Positions 48,069 to 57,843 of a DNA stretch of 64,000 bases are shown piece by piece. Location of the stretch: contig JANOTL010000169.1 in NCBI GenBank assembly GCA_031416315.1, forward strand, positions 1-64,000, read 5' to 3'. Numbering within the stretch: the first letter of the stretch is position 1; every line of letters begins with the position of its first letter. The notes below the pieces were generated by a model that ran no database searches, was not told the DNA's origin, and saw nothing but the letters and a program-made list of their open reading frames with translations. The DNA comes from Pseudomonadota bacterium (lineage in GTDB: Bacteria; Bdellovibrionota_B; Oligoflexia; Oligoflexales; CAIYRB01). The position numbers were made by a program, and so were the translations under genes.

Positions 48069-49715
48069 TCAGCCGCGCTTCAACTTTATGAAGCGCCCCT
48101 GGTCGTCTGACAGAGCCGTGCGAGCCTGGACGCCGGCCTTTTCTTCCAGGAACTCGATGATGCCAAGACCGACGTCGCCCGTGGTGGGCTTGATGCCGTC
48201 CATCTTGCTGCCGTCCTTGCCGTAGACGTCGCCGTCGGTGAGCGCCTTGTGGTCGCCCGCGGCGGCGAGCTCGGGCCTCGTCGCGAAGTCGTCCGGCGCG
48301 GCGAAATGATCGTCGAGCCCGCCAGCGCCCTTCGGCCCCATGACCAGCGAGAAGGAGAGCGCGCTGTCGCCCATCCCGGTATCGCGCCCGCCTTCGGCGT
48401 GGACCCAGACGATGATCTTCCGCCCGTCGGCGATCTTCTTCGCCAAGATGTTGAGACCCATCGCCAACTGGCGCATGCCCTCGATGTAGGTCAACGCACG
48501 GATCTCGCCGCCGACCGGGATGTTGATGTTGTTGGTGGCGAAGTCGAGAGGTTGACCGTCGATATCGACCGTATTGAGGAAGAGCGAGTGGTTACGGACC
48601 GGCTTGCCCGGGAGCTCGAGGCTCCGCGCAACGTAAAGACATTGCGCGAGGAACTCGCTCTTTGCGCCGGTACCGGCGGCTGCGGTTCCGGACTGCTGGT
48701 TTCCGGCCGTAGCGACGATCGGCTGCGAGAAATCTTCGAGCGAGGCCGCGCCCTCGAGGTCGCCGAGCAAGTTGAGAAAGGCGGAGCGACTGTTGAGGAG
48801 CTCTTTGCGGAGCGCCGGCTCCTTCATGACCAGCTCGTCCATCTGATAGATCAAAGACTGCTCGATCGTTGTCCGGTCGACGTAACTCTTGCCGACGAAC
48901 TGGCGGATCTGGTTGACGTAGGCCTTGACCGGCCGGCTGTCGATCCGCGGCGACTCGGTCGCCGACTCGGTCAGCACGGCGTTCTTGTCGAGCGAGCCCT
49001 CGGCGCGGTCGTAGAAAGTCCCCATCATGAAGCAGCTGATGCCGAGCGGGCTGTAGATGAGCTGCTTTTCCGCGGCGAAGAGCGAGATATCGGCCAAGTC
49101 CTTACGGAGCTTGAAGCTGATCAGCGCGTGGTTTTTCGTCGCATCGTGCCGGTTCAGGCCGAGATAGGCTTGGAACGCCACCTTCCCGCCGACCTCCGGC
49201 TCAAGGAGGTTCTTGACGTCGCCAGCTCCAACGCCCTTCAAGTTCGCGCCGGCCGGCGCCTTGCCGTCGGCGGTGCCGTTGATCAACATGTTGCCGAACC
49301 AGTTGTTGAACTTGAGCTTGCCGCCGAAGCGCGGGTCGGCGCAGACGGTGTCTACGCCCAAGGTTTTGAGATCGGCCGCGGCGCCGACTTTCAATGAAGG
49401 CATCGTCGTGCCAGCGCGAAAGACGAGCGGCGTGTAGACGTGATTCACAACGCGGATGTCAACTAAGATCCACGGCTCGTCGTCGGCGGCCATGGCTTGC
49501 GCGACGGCCAACGTCGCCGGGCCGCCGTGCAGCACCTCGGACATCATGTGAAAAGCGTCGAGACGATCGCCCCTGACGGCGCCCGCCAGCTCGCTTGCCC
49601 ACGTTCCAAAGAGGGGGACGCCGCCGAGCTGCTCGAGGAGCGCCGCGGTGCCGATGCCGCCCGTGAGCACCTTCTTCAGGAGCTCGCGTCTATCGATAGG
49701 TCGCTTGGATCTCAT
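48069..49715 (-). CDS. Tat-exported divergent DUF1501-like protein
   Basis: DRRELL Tat motif; C-terminal IIVWVHAEGGRD and PTTGDVGLGIIEFL parallel LIVMHSDFGRT and NPTHVGGAVLAL of 11286-12650. Confidence 0.6.
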   Translation of the reverse strand: MRSKRPIDRRELLKKVLTGGIGTAALLEQLGGVPLFGTWASELAGAVRGDRLDAFHMMSEVLHGGPATLAVAQAMAADDEPWILVDIRVVNHVYTPLVFRAGTTMPSLKVGAAADLKTLGVDTVCADPRFGGKLKFNNWFGNMLINGTADGKAPAGANLKGVGAGDVKNLLEPEVGGKVAFQAYLGLNRHDATKNHALISFKLRKDLADISLFAAEKQLIYSPLGISCFMMGTFYDRAEGSLDKNAVLTESATESPRIDSRPVKAYVNQIRQFVGKSYVDRTTIEQSLIYQMDELVMKEPALRKELLNSRSAFLNLLGDLEGAASLEDFSQPIVATAGNQQSGTAAAGTGAKSEFLAQCLYVARSLELPGKPVRNHSLFLNTVDIDGQPLDFATNNINIPVGGEIRALTYIEGMRQLAMGLNILAKKIADGRKIIVWVHAEGGRDTGMGDSALSFSLVMGPKGAGGLDDHFAAPDDFATRPELAAAGDHKALTDGDVYGKDGSKMDGIKPTTGDVGLGIIEFLEEKAGVQARTALSDDQGRFIKLKRG

Positions 49716-49724
49716 ACCTGCTCC

Positions 49725-50609
49725 TCACCGTGCCGCCGCGAAGGCATAGGAAGCGATCATCGATGATATCGCGGTCCGCATGCCGCTCGGCCCTTTGCTG
49801 CAGAACGTGCTCATTCGCTTCGCCATGAAGTCGAACTCCTTCGTCTCGGGGTCGAGCGCCGGCAGGCAACGAACTAGTATACTGCGCGACTTTTTCTTCG
49901 TCGAGCAGTCGCATTCCTTTTTGTCGAGCGCGCAGTTGTGGCCGACGACGTTTGCGACCGTCTCGAGGGAGCGCAGGTAGGTGTCCGTGACGCTGTCGCC
50001 GGCGACCGTCGTGCGCGTCGCGTTCTTGAGGTCGACGAGGTTGCCGCGCTCGATCTCGATGATGTCGGTCCCGGCGTCGAGGGCCGCCTCGACCTGCGGC
50101 GTCGGAAGGAGAAAGGCGAACTTGTCGGATTCCTCCTGCGCCAAGGCGAAGGCGCCTAGGGGATCCAAGTCGTCTTTCGCGAGAGCCCGGGCATCGGCCT
50201 CGGCCTCGCCGAAGGTCCCATCCGCGAGGAGGGCCAGGCCGGCGGCTGGCGGCGTTCCCCCGGCCGGCTCTTGCTTCTGCAAAAGCATGTCCGCAGAGAT
50301 CAGGGTCATGCCCTTACCCATACATGCTTCAATCGAATTGCGCAGGAGGACGACGTCCTTCACTTGGAAGTTTGCCCCGGAGTTGTCGATGGACTTCGTT
50401 TTCGCGGCGTCGCCGTCGTCGTCGTGGATGCCGTCGCCGTCTTCGTCTTTGAAGCCTTTGTCCTTGCTGGTTATCTCCTTCGACTTCTTCGACTTCGTGC
50501 CGCCGAGCGAACCGAAGCCCGAGATCTTGTCGTCGGAGCACGCGCTAAAGGAGCTCGGCACGGCGAGCGCGAGGGCGAGGGCTAGATAAAGAGATTGTGC
50601 TCGTCTCAT
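49725..50609 (-). CDS. Hypothetical lipoprotein (distant paralog of 14311-15027)
   Basis: Lipobox FSAC; TDTYLRSLETVANVVGHNC vs YDATSLLAVFKVAEEVC. Confidence 0.7.
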   Translation of the reverse strand: MRRAQSLYLALALALAVPSSFSACSDDKISGFGSLGGTKSKKSKEITSKDKGFKDEDGDGIHDDDGDAAKTKSIDNSGANFQVKDVVLLRNSIEACMGKGMTLISADMLLQKQEPAGGTPPAAGLALLADGTFGEAEADARALAKDDLDPLGAFALAQEESDKFAFLLPTPQVEAALDAGTDIIEIERGNLVDLKNATRTTVAGDSVTDTYLRSLETVANVVGHNCALDKKECDCSTKKKSRSILVRCLPALDPETKEFDFMAKRMSTFCSKGPSGMRTAISSMIASYAFAAAR

Positions 50610-50630
50610 GGAGATCTCCTGTGCGTAGCT

Positions 50631-52580
50631 CTATCCGCCCGAGCGCGAGCAAGCGTACGTTTCCGAGGCGAAATAGGCCTGAAACAATGGCGCGAGCTTG
50701 CCTTCGCTCTCCTTGAAAGCGCGGTTGAACTTGATCATGATCTCTTCGCTGGTCGAATCGAGATTCGACAAGGCTCGTGGGATATGGCGCGCAAGCCCGC
50801 CGGCGAGGACCCTGCCGTCGTCGATCAGGTAGGCCGCGAGATCGCCGACTTCCTTCAAAACGAGGTCGGAGCCGTCGGCTTTACCGCCAGGGACGCAGCC
50901 CTTTTCCGTGTTGCTCATCCGGTCCGCGAAAATCTTCTTCAAGAACGCGAGGTCGATCGGAACTTCGTTCGCGCTGTCGCGCGGGCCCTTCGGCCGGTTC
51001 TTCAGGGTCGGGATCGTGGCGGCGGGAACAGCCCCGTCGTCCTCGATCTTGAGGCCTGAGACGCTGTCACTGTAGATGAGCCCCGCCGGGTTGAAGGGAC
51101 GAAAGAGGATCGAGCCCGCCGCCATCTGCCGGTCGATGTGGCAGCTCTGGCAAAGGTTCGCGAATCCGGGCACGGCCTTCGAGCCGAACGGGGCGACGCC
51201 GTCGCCCTTGACGTCGACGCGGACGTCCTCGGTCTTCAAGCAGTCCGGCAAAGCCTCGACGTCGGCGCCGCCGGGCTTGTCGGTCGCGTTGATGAACACG
51301 TCGCCTCGAACGATGAAGTGCATCAGCGCCGAGCGGCCGTAGTTGTTGTTGTTGACGATGAAGGAGGTCGGATTCGAGCGCAGGTAACCTATAGTGCCAA
51401 AGAACGTCCCGCGCGGCTTTTTCATGGTGCACTCGCCCCAGTCGCCCGAGGGCGAAGAGCAGCCGTAAAGCGGAGCGGTATTCTTCGTCACCATCACGAC
51501 GTCGGAAAGGAGGATGTCGTTATACGACTTGGTCTCCATTTCCTTCAGCAGCTTCTGGTAGAACTCCTGCTGGAGATCCGCGGCTTGCTCGGCTGATATC
51601 AAGAACTGCCCCGCCTCCTTCGGGTTCGGGTAAGCGCCGATGGCGTTCACCGAGGCGATCTTGTCCGCGAATTTCTTCAGGCCGACGGCCAAGAATTCCT
51701 TCTTCCACTTCTCGTCTTTGACGAGCCGCTCGGCGATTTTCTGCCGGTCTTCGCGCGAGACCGGCTCGTCGGGGCTCTCGATCAGCGCCATCTCGTCTTC
51801 GGTCGGATTGCGGCTGAAGGCGTCCTGCGTCAAGCGGGTGAGGTAAAGCCGACCGCTCGCCGGATTGTCGCACTTGAAGTTGATCTTGATGCTACCGGCG
51901 GCGGCGCCTTCGGACTTGCCGTTGCCGACGCCGAACTGGTCTTGGCCCTGCTGGGCGACGCCAGAAAGCTCGGTCTCGAACCATTTGACGAGCTGCTTCA
52001 ACTCATCGATTTTGGCGTCCTTCATCTTCAGCGTGCCGGGCGGCATCGGCTGCGGCTTCTGGCCGACGAGCTGCTTCGCGCCCTGAACGAGCGCCGCGTA
52101 GGCGCGCGGCGCGAGGGGGTCGTTCAAGAGCTTGTCTTTGGAAAAGTCCCTTGGATCGATGCTGTAAAAAGCCGCGAGGTCGCCCTTCGGGCTGTGACAA
52201 CCGCCGCAATCGGTCTTCAGCTTCTCGATCGCGTCGTCGTCCGACATCGGCTCGATGCCGGTGAGCCAGTTCTTGGCGGCGATGACGTCCTCGTCCTCGG
52301 CCTCGGCATTCTTATCGGTGACGTCCGGGGATCCCGAGTCATCGTCGTCGTCGCCCGTCTTCGGCGCGGCCTTGCAGTCGTCGCCCTTTGACGTTTTCAA
52401 TCGCAGCTTCTTGCCCGAGCCCGTACCGGACTTGGCGCAGTCCGCGGTGGTGTCGGCTTTTTTCCCCGTGCGCGACTTTGGAGCGCTGTCGCTGCAGCCC
52501 ACGCAAGCCACTACGAGCGCGACGCCGAGGGCGAGGCGGAAAGCGCCGGAGAGCAGACTGATTGGCTTTTCGGACTCCAA
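50631..52580 (-). CDS. Diheme c-type cytochrome lipoprotein, DUF1588-like
   Basis: Lipobox CVGC; CGGCH...QPMPP; GFANLCQSCH; TTG start uncertain. Confidence 0.75.
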   Translation of the reverse strand: MESEKPISLLSGAFRLALGVALVVACVGCSDSAPKSRTGKKADTTADCAKSGTGSGKKLRLKTSKGDDCKAAPKTGDDDDDSGSPDVTDKNAEAEDEDVIAAKNWLTGIEPMSDDDAIEKLKTDCGGCHSPKGDLAAFYSIDPRDFSKDKLLNDPLAPRAYAALVQGAKQLVGQKPQPMPPGTLKMKDAKIDELKQLVKWFETELSGVAQQGQDQFGVGNGKSEGAAAGSIKINFKCDNPASGRLYLTRLTQDAFSRNPTEDEMALIESPDEPVSREDRQKIAERLVKDEKWKKEFLAVGLKKFADKIASVNAIGAYPNPKEAGQFLISAEQAADLQQEFYQKLLKEMETKSYNDILLSDVVMVTKNTAPLYGCSSPSGDWGECTMKKPRGTFFGTIGYLRSNPTSFIVNNNNYGRSALMHFIVRGDVFINATDKPGGADVEALPDCLKTEDVRVDVKGDGVAPFGSKAVPGFANLCQSCHIDRQMAAGSILFRPFNPAGLIYSDSVSGLKIEDDGAVPAATIPTLKNRPKGPRDSANEVPIDLAFLKKIFADRMSNTEKGCVPGGKADGSDLVLKEVGDLAAYLIDDGRVLAGGLARHIPRALSNLDSTSEEIMIKFNRAFKESEGKLAPLFQAYFASETYACSRSGG

Positions 52581-52723
52581 GGGGCTCCCACCGGAATTCG
52601 GGCGCTGGCTCAATGCCTCGTTCGGGGTTTTTCGGCAAATTCCGTCAGGATCTTGAGGGATAGGCAAAAAACGCCACGAAAAGGGTGGATAAGCCCCACG
52701 CGTTGCGGATTCCCCCGAGGCCT

Positions 52724-53680
52724 TCAGGGGACGCCGTCGTCCTCGACGCCGCTGCCGGCGATCGCGGCGCCCCAAGTCGTCACCGCGCCCGCCGTCTTGA
52801 CCTCGACGTTGGCGAAAATGCCGAGGACGGCTTTGATCGGCAGAAGCTGCTGGTAGGTCGAAGACGGGATCGTGACCTTGTCGCCTGGCATGAGCACGCA
52901 GCGCAAAACCTTCATTCCGGCCGCCTTGCCGCCGAAAAAGCTGACGACGATGACGTTGTAATTCTGCGCACGTTTCAGGTCTTGGATCTTGAGATCGACT
53001 TTCGAGGCGGCCAGGTTGTTGTTGAGGTCTGCCGTGTCGAGCGAGGTTGTGAGGCTAAAATCGTAGGCTCCCGAGAGCTTCAAAGCCGATGCGGTCGGGA
53101 CGATCGGCGTCGCAATCGTGGCGACCGTGGCGCCGCCCTTCTTCACGGCGACGGTGGCGACGCCCTCGGCGTTGATGCCCCTTTGCGACTGCTGGCCGCG
53201 CTCTTCGCCGCGCGCGATGCCGTCTTCTGCCGGCAATTCTTCGCTCCAGGCGCCGCTCGCCGTGGCGCCGTCGGCGCCGCCGCCCGCGAACGCGGACGCG
53301 TCGGCGCAGCCCGCCGGTTGCGCTTTTGCGAGGAGCCCGCTGCCGGTCGTGGCGCTGATCTGCCGCCATTTGTAGTCGTCGGAGAGGCGCTTGTCGGGCT
53401 CGTTCACCCACTTGCGCATATTGATCACGCCGAACTCCGCGAGGGCCTCGACGCCGGCGCCGGCGGCCGCCCCGGGCGGCAAGTAGGGGCCGAATTCGAA
53501 TGGCTTCGAGGCCAGGCCGCCGAAGCCTTTGGCGGTCGATCCCGTCCCCGAGCCCCCGGCGCCGCCGGTGGCGGCGCCGCCCGATTTCCCGCGCTCCGCC
53601 TTTTCTTTCGTCTCCGAGCAGGCGCTCGCGAGAGCGACCATACAGAAGAAGAGAAACACGTTTCGAGCGGCGCAGACCAT
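52724..53680 (-). CDS. Hypothetical lipoprotein
   Basis: Lipobox ASAC, Gly-rich linker, beta-rich body. Confidence 0.7.
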   Translation of the reverse strand: MVCAARNVFLFFCMVALASACSETKEKAERGKSGGAATGGAGGSGTGSTAKGFGGLASKPFEFGPYLPPGAAAGAGVEALAEFGVINMRKWVNEPDKRLSDDYKWRQISATTGSGLLAKAQPAGCADASAFAGGGADGATASGAWSEELPAEDGIARGEERGQQSQRGINAEGVATVAVKKGGATVATIATPIVPTASALKLSGAYDFSLTTSLDTADLNNNLAASKVDLKIQDLKRAQNYNVIVVSFFGGKAAGMKVLRCVLMPGDKVTIPSSTYQQLLPIKAVLGIFANVEVKTAGAVTTWGAAIAGSGVEDDGVP

Positions 53681-53915
53681 CGATGCCTCCTGGTCACCCT
53701 GGGATCGGCATCCTGGCGACGAAGTTTAGCCGCGTTTCACCGCGTGGGGGCGCTTCTGCAAGTCGAGGCCGCGCCAGCTTTTTTCACGCAGCCGGCAAAA
53801 AGCCTAAAGTTCGCCCGCTTTGGGGCCGATTCGAAGTTCAACGGTCGGTTGGTGTCAGGTTTCCGGTCCCGCGCTGCTCCGCAGCGGACTACCTCCACGT
53901 CAGGAGACGAACGGT

Positions 53916-55232
53916 ATGGCGTCGAATCAAAGAGATCCTTTGCAGCCCCTCAACATTGAAACGCCCGAGACGCTCGGCGCGAGCGATGCGAAGGCTGCGA
54001 CGCCTACCGAGGGCCAACCCGCCTCGGTCAACCGCCGCAGCATGTTCGGCGTCGGCGCCGTCGGCATCGCGGCCCTGGTCGCGGCCGCCTGCGGCAGCGG
54101 GACGTTCTCGTCCGCCAGCGCGGGCAAGAAGAAGACGAACGCCAAGCCAAAGGCTGACGCGGGCGACGGTGATGACGACGACGACTCGGGGTCCACCTCG
54201 GGCGCCACCAAAGGCGGCACCAAAGGCGGCACCGGCACCGGCGGCGGCCCGCGCATCGACCCGACCACGGGCGAGCTTTACATCCCAGCCGGCGGCACGG
54301 AGACGGTTCCGGGCGGCGAGAAGGGCTTGAAAGAGTGCGTGCCGAAAGACGTCACGGTCGTCACCTGCGACCCGAAGACGGGCAAGCTCACGGCCTTGAA
54401 GCCAGGCGACACGACCGTCACGGTCACCCTGCCCGACGGCACGAAAAAAGAGATCCCGGTCAAGGTCTACGACCCGAAGAACCCGCCCAAGACTCTGCCC
54501 GCGCCGACCCCGGGCACGACTGACGACACCGGCGACGACGTCACGGGCGTCGTCGATGAAGAAGACAAGTGTACCGCCAACAACATGAACAAGCTCGACG
54601 TCGAGAGCATGGATGACATGCCGGCCGACATGGTGCCGAAGGTCGTCTTCTACGGGACGAAGCGGTCCGCTCTCGTCGCCATCCAGTTCTCGAGCCACGA
54701 TAAAGTGAAGCAGGTCATCATCTGCCGGGACGACGGCCAACTCCTCGCGCTGCACGGCATCACGGGCGCCGACGGCTCGAACCGCCCGATCGTCTGCGAC
54801 AACCTCTGGATCGGCGACAGCGCCAACATCAAGATCGTCGTCCAAAACGGCGACGAGCGTTGGAAGTCGACGCACGAAGTGAAGTGGTTCAAATCGTTCG
54901 GCGGCAAGACCGTCACCGACCTCACGGACGGGGCGAAGCCGGCGCTACAGGCGATCGCCGTGTTCGGCGAGAACGGCCCCACTTTCGGCGTCGACAACGA
55001 CACGCGCTATCCCGACGAGAACGACAACGCCGCCGACGACCGGCCGCTGATCACCGCGAAGACCGGCTCGAAGTGGGCAGTGCAAGCGGCCACGCTCAAC
55101 GGCGGCCAGTGCACCGACATCATGGGCAACCCCATCTCGATCGCCGACTCCGGCCTCCTGGAATACCAGGTGTTCTGCGTCTACGTGAACGACGGCGGCA
55201 ACCTTTTCCGCACCATCCTGCACGTCGGCTAA
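53916..55232 (+). CDS. Tat lipoprotein with Ig-like (Big_2) domain
   Basis: NRRSMFG...AAAC; VVTCDPKTGKLTALKPGDTTVTVT; AGGAG upstream. Confidence 0.75.
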   Translation: MASNQRDPLQPLNIETPETLGASDAKAATPTEGQPASVNRRSMFGVGAVGIAALVAAACGSGTFSSASAGKKKTNAKPKADAGDGDDDDDSGSTSGATKGGTKGGTGTGGGPRIDPTTGELYIPAGGTETVPGGEKGLKECVPKDVTVVTCDPKTGKLTALKPGDTTVTVTLPDGTKKEIPVKVYDPKNPPKTLPAPTPGTTDDTGDDVTGVVDEEDKCTANNMNKLDVESMDDMPADMVPKVVFYGTKRSALVAIQFSSHDKVKQVIICRDDGQLLALHGITGADGSNRPIVCDNLWIGDSANIKIVVQNGDERWKSTHEVKWFKSFGGKTVTDLTDGAKPALQAIAVFGENGPTFGVDNDTRYPDENDNAADDRPLITAKTGSKWAVQAATLNGGQCTDIMGNPISIADSGLLEYQVFCVYVNDGGNLFRTILHVG

Positions 55233-55283
55233 CGGAATCAGCTCAGCGCCTTAAATGTTCGGATTATTCTTGGGGAGTCCGAG

Positions 55284-56255
55284 ATGCCTTTTGCGACTAA
55301 AGATCAAGTGTTTCAAATGGACCGCCGCTCGCTCTTGAAATGGACCGGTGCCCTGGGCATCGGCGCCACGTTCGTGAGCCCGCATGAGCTTTTCGCCAAA
55401 GGTCTCTGCAAAGAGATCCTGATCGACAACGGCGACTTCACCGCGACGCAAGCCGGAGCCAAGCTCCAGTTCTGGATCGACGGCATCCTCTTCGGCTCGC
55501 GCACCAACCTCTCGGCGCGCGCCAACATCACCCTCTTCATGCCGTTGCAGCAGTCGGAAGATTCGTTTGTCGAGTCGGTTGTCCTTATGGACGCTGGCAA
55601 GAAGACCATCGGCGCACGTTTCTTCGACCACACGATGGCGATGTACAACGAAGGGTACGTCCCGTACGTGCGCTTCGAGAACGTCGAGCTCGACACGAAC
55701 AGCACTTACTACTGCGTCTACACCGTGAAAACCGGTAGCGACGTCAAGCTCTACACGGCGACCATCGATAAGCCGAAGCTCTCGGCCCTCAAAGAGGACT
55801 TCCTGCCGACCACGATCAAGAACGACTTTAAGACGTTCCTCGTCGGCAACAAGGCCAACCCGACGCCCGGCCTCTTCACGACGCAGTTCCAGTTCTACAC
55901 GAAGAACAGCCTCATCGCGCACTGCGCGCGCGGGAAGATGCAGTCGATCAGCTCCTCGAGCAAAGACTTCACCGTCAACATCGACTTCATGCACGGCGAC
56001 GCCGGCCCGACCCACTACATGCGCTACTTCCTCGTCATGGACCCTGTCGGTCGCATTCTCGGCGTGAAAAAACGCGAATCGCCGGCCGATCCGGGCGCCG
56101 GCTTCATGCCGGTGTCGCAGCTCGACGGGCCGACCAAAGACAAGTTCTCGATCGATCCCCTGCAAATCGCCGACATCCGCGACTGCCCGTACATCCAGTT
56201 CTTCACCGAGGACAGCTACGATGCCCTCGCGCGGAACATGATCCGGATCCGCTGA
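55284..56255 (+). CDS. Tat-exported hypothetical protein with His-containing beta-sandwich motifs
   Basis: DRRSLLKW; AHCARG, FMHGDAGPTHYMRYF. Confidence 0.75.
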   Translation: MPFATKDQVFQMDRRSLLKWTGALGIGATFVSPHELFAKGLCKEILIDNGDFTATQAGAKLQFWIDGILFGSRTNLSARANITLFMPLQQSEDSFVESVVLMDAGKKTIGARFFDHTMAMYNEGYVPYVRFENVELDTNSTYYCVYTVKTGSDVKLYTATIDKPKLSALKEDFLPTTIKNDFKTFLVGNKANPTPGLFTTQFQFYTKNSLIAHCARGKMQSISSSSKDFTVNIDFMHGDAGPTHYMRYFLVMDPVGRILGVKKRESPADPGAGFMPVSQLDGPTKDKFSIDPLQIADIRDCPYIQFFTEDSYDALARNMIRIR

Positions 56256-56287
56256 TCTAGTCCCGGTGTCTCGAAAACCCAAGATCG

Positions 56288-56324
56288 ACCCCTGCGTCCG
56301 GAAGGCCGCGGGGGTTTTCTCTTT
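56288..56324 (+). terminator. Intrinsic terminator
   Basis: ACCCCTGCG...CGCGGGGGT followed by TTTCTCTTTT. Confidence 0.65.
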
Positions 56325-56354
56325 TCGCCCCTTTCGCCGTGGTACACTCATGGG

Positions 56355-57152
56355 ATGGAATATCTCAGCTGGGATCTGAGCATTCTCTCGCGCGCCGTCG
56401 CGTACCCGAACCTCTCGGGCGCATCGACGCACGTCGGCCTATCGCAGCCGCAGCTCTCGCGCATCATCGCGAAGCTCGAGGACGAGACCGGCCTCACCCT
56501 CCTCGACCGCGAGACGCGCCGCAAGTCGTCGTGGACGCCGGCCGCCTACCGTTTAGCCGAGATCTACCAGCGGACCTACCAAAGCTTCCGCGCTGACGTC
56601 GCCGCCCTCGAAGGCTCCGCCTTCCCGGAGCACCTTCGGATCGGCACCCTGGAAGGACTCCTTCCCTTGGCCCTGCCCTTCGTTCACGCCCTTCTCGAGT
56701 CGAGCGAGGTCATGGTCTGCGACCTCATGGTGTTCGACACGAGCTACCTCGAAGAAAAATTCGCGAAGGACGAGCTCGACCTGATCCTCTCCGTCCGCGA
56801 GCCGGGTCGGAAAAAATTCAAGAACGTGAAGGCCTTGGGGTACCAGACCGAAGACCGCATCGGCGAGTCGAACGCGGCCTCCGTCCCAAAAGTCTACAGC
56901 TCCTTCGAATACGACTCGCAGCCGCACAAAGGAAAGCCCAAGGAGAAGGCCTTCGTCTCGAACTCTCTCGCAGTGCGGCGCGAGTGGCTCTCGCGCTACT
57001 CCGGCGAAGGCTCGATGCCTTCTCCCGTGCGCAGCAAGAAGACGGGCAAACAGGACGAGCTGACGGTGATCCTCCTAGCGCACGACCACCTGTCGCCGGC
57101 GGCGTGGCAGACCATCGCGAAGCTTGCATCGGCGGCGCGGGAAGACGACTAA
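56355..57152 (+). CDS. LysR family transcriptional regulator
   Basis: NLSGAS..VGLSQPQLSRIIAKLEDETGLTLLDR HTH; LRIGT. Confidence 0.88.
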   Translation: MEYLSWDLSILSRAVAYPNLSGASTHVGLSQPQLSRIIAKLEDETGLTLLDRETRRKSSWTPAAYRLAEIYQRTYQSFRADVAALEGSAFPEHLRIGTLEGLLPLALPFVHALLESSEVMVCDLMVFDTSYLEEKFAKDELDLILSVREPGRKKFKNVKALGYQTEDRIGESNAASVPKVYSSFEYDSQPHKGKPKEKAFVSNSLAVRREWLSRYSGEGSMPSPVRSKKTGKQDELTVILLAHDHLSPAAWQTIAKLASAAREDD

Positions 57153-57154
57153 GA

Positions 57155-57727
57155 CTACGCGCCGGCTTTGCACGGCTGCGAGGTCGGCGAATCGACGCCG
57201 AGTCCGTCGAGAATGCGGGTCTCGAGCTTGCAGCTCTTGAATCCCTCGCCCGGAACGAACATGCGGTTGCCCGTCATCTCGCGCCCGTAGATATGAAGCG
57301 ACACGGCGTAATCGCCGCTTGCGTGCTCGACTTTATGCACGTCGCGGTCGGGCGGCATGTTGGAGATCACTTCGCCGCTCTCACAGAGCTTGCTGTCGAG
57401 GGCGCTAGGATTGACCTCGCATTCACTGTAGTTGGTGATCCGCAGGGCGTTGCGGAGGACCGCCTCGACCCCCCAGGTGCCGTGGTCGTGGATCGCGGTG
57501 CCGTCACCAGGACCCCAGACCAAGACCATCACCACAAAACCGTAGTCGGCGTCCTTGTAACAAAGATACCTCCCGGGCTTCAGCCCGCCGCGACTGGCGC
57601 GGCCTTCGAGGCAGGCTTGGAGGCGCGGCACTGATTCCTGGACGAGGCCTTGGATCTCGGCGACCGCCTTCTGATCGACGGAGCCTCGGGCGATCACTCT
57701 CCTCAGGTCCTGAACCAACTCGCGCAC
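57155..57727 (-). CDS. Cysteine dioxygenase-family (thiol dioxygenase, cupin) protein
   Basis: VWGPGDGTAIHDHGTWG, DVHKVE, VSLHIYG. Confidence 0.85.
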   Translation of the reverse strand: MRELVQDLRRVIARGSVDQKAVAEIQGLVQESVPRLQACLEGRASRGGLKPGRYLCYKDADYGFVVMVLVWGPGDGTAIHDHGTWGVEAVLRNALRITNYSECEVNPSALDSKLCESGEVISNMPPDRDVHKVEHASGDYAVSLHIYGREMTGNRMFVPGEGFKSCKLETRILDGLGVDSPTSQPCKAGA

Positions 57728-57843
57728 TGGAGAGCCTCCGCAGCGGCAGATTCACCGCATCTTCATCTTCGGAATGCTAGCGGATTTTCCTTGAGGGCTT
57801 AAGTCGAAATTGCGCGGTGCCTTCTTTATCTTAATGAATTTAA

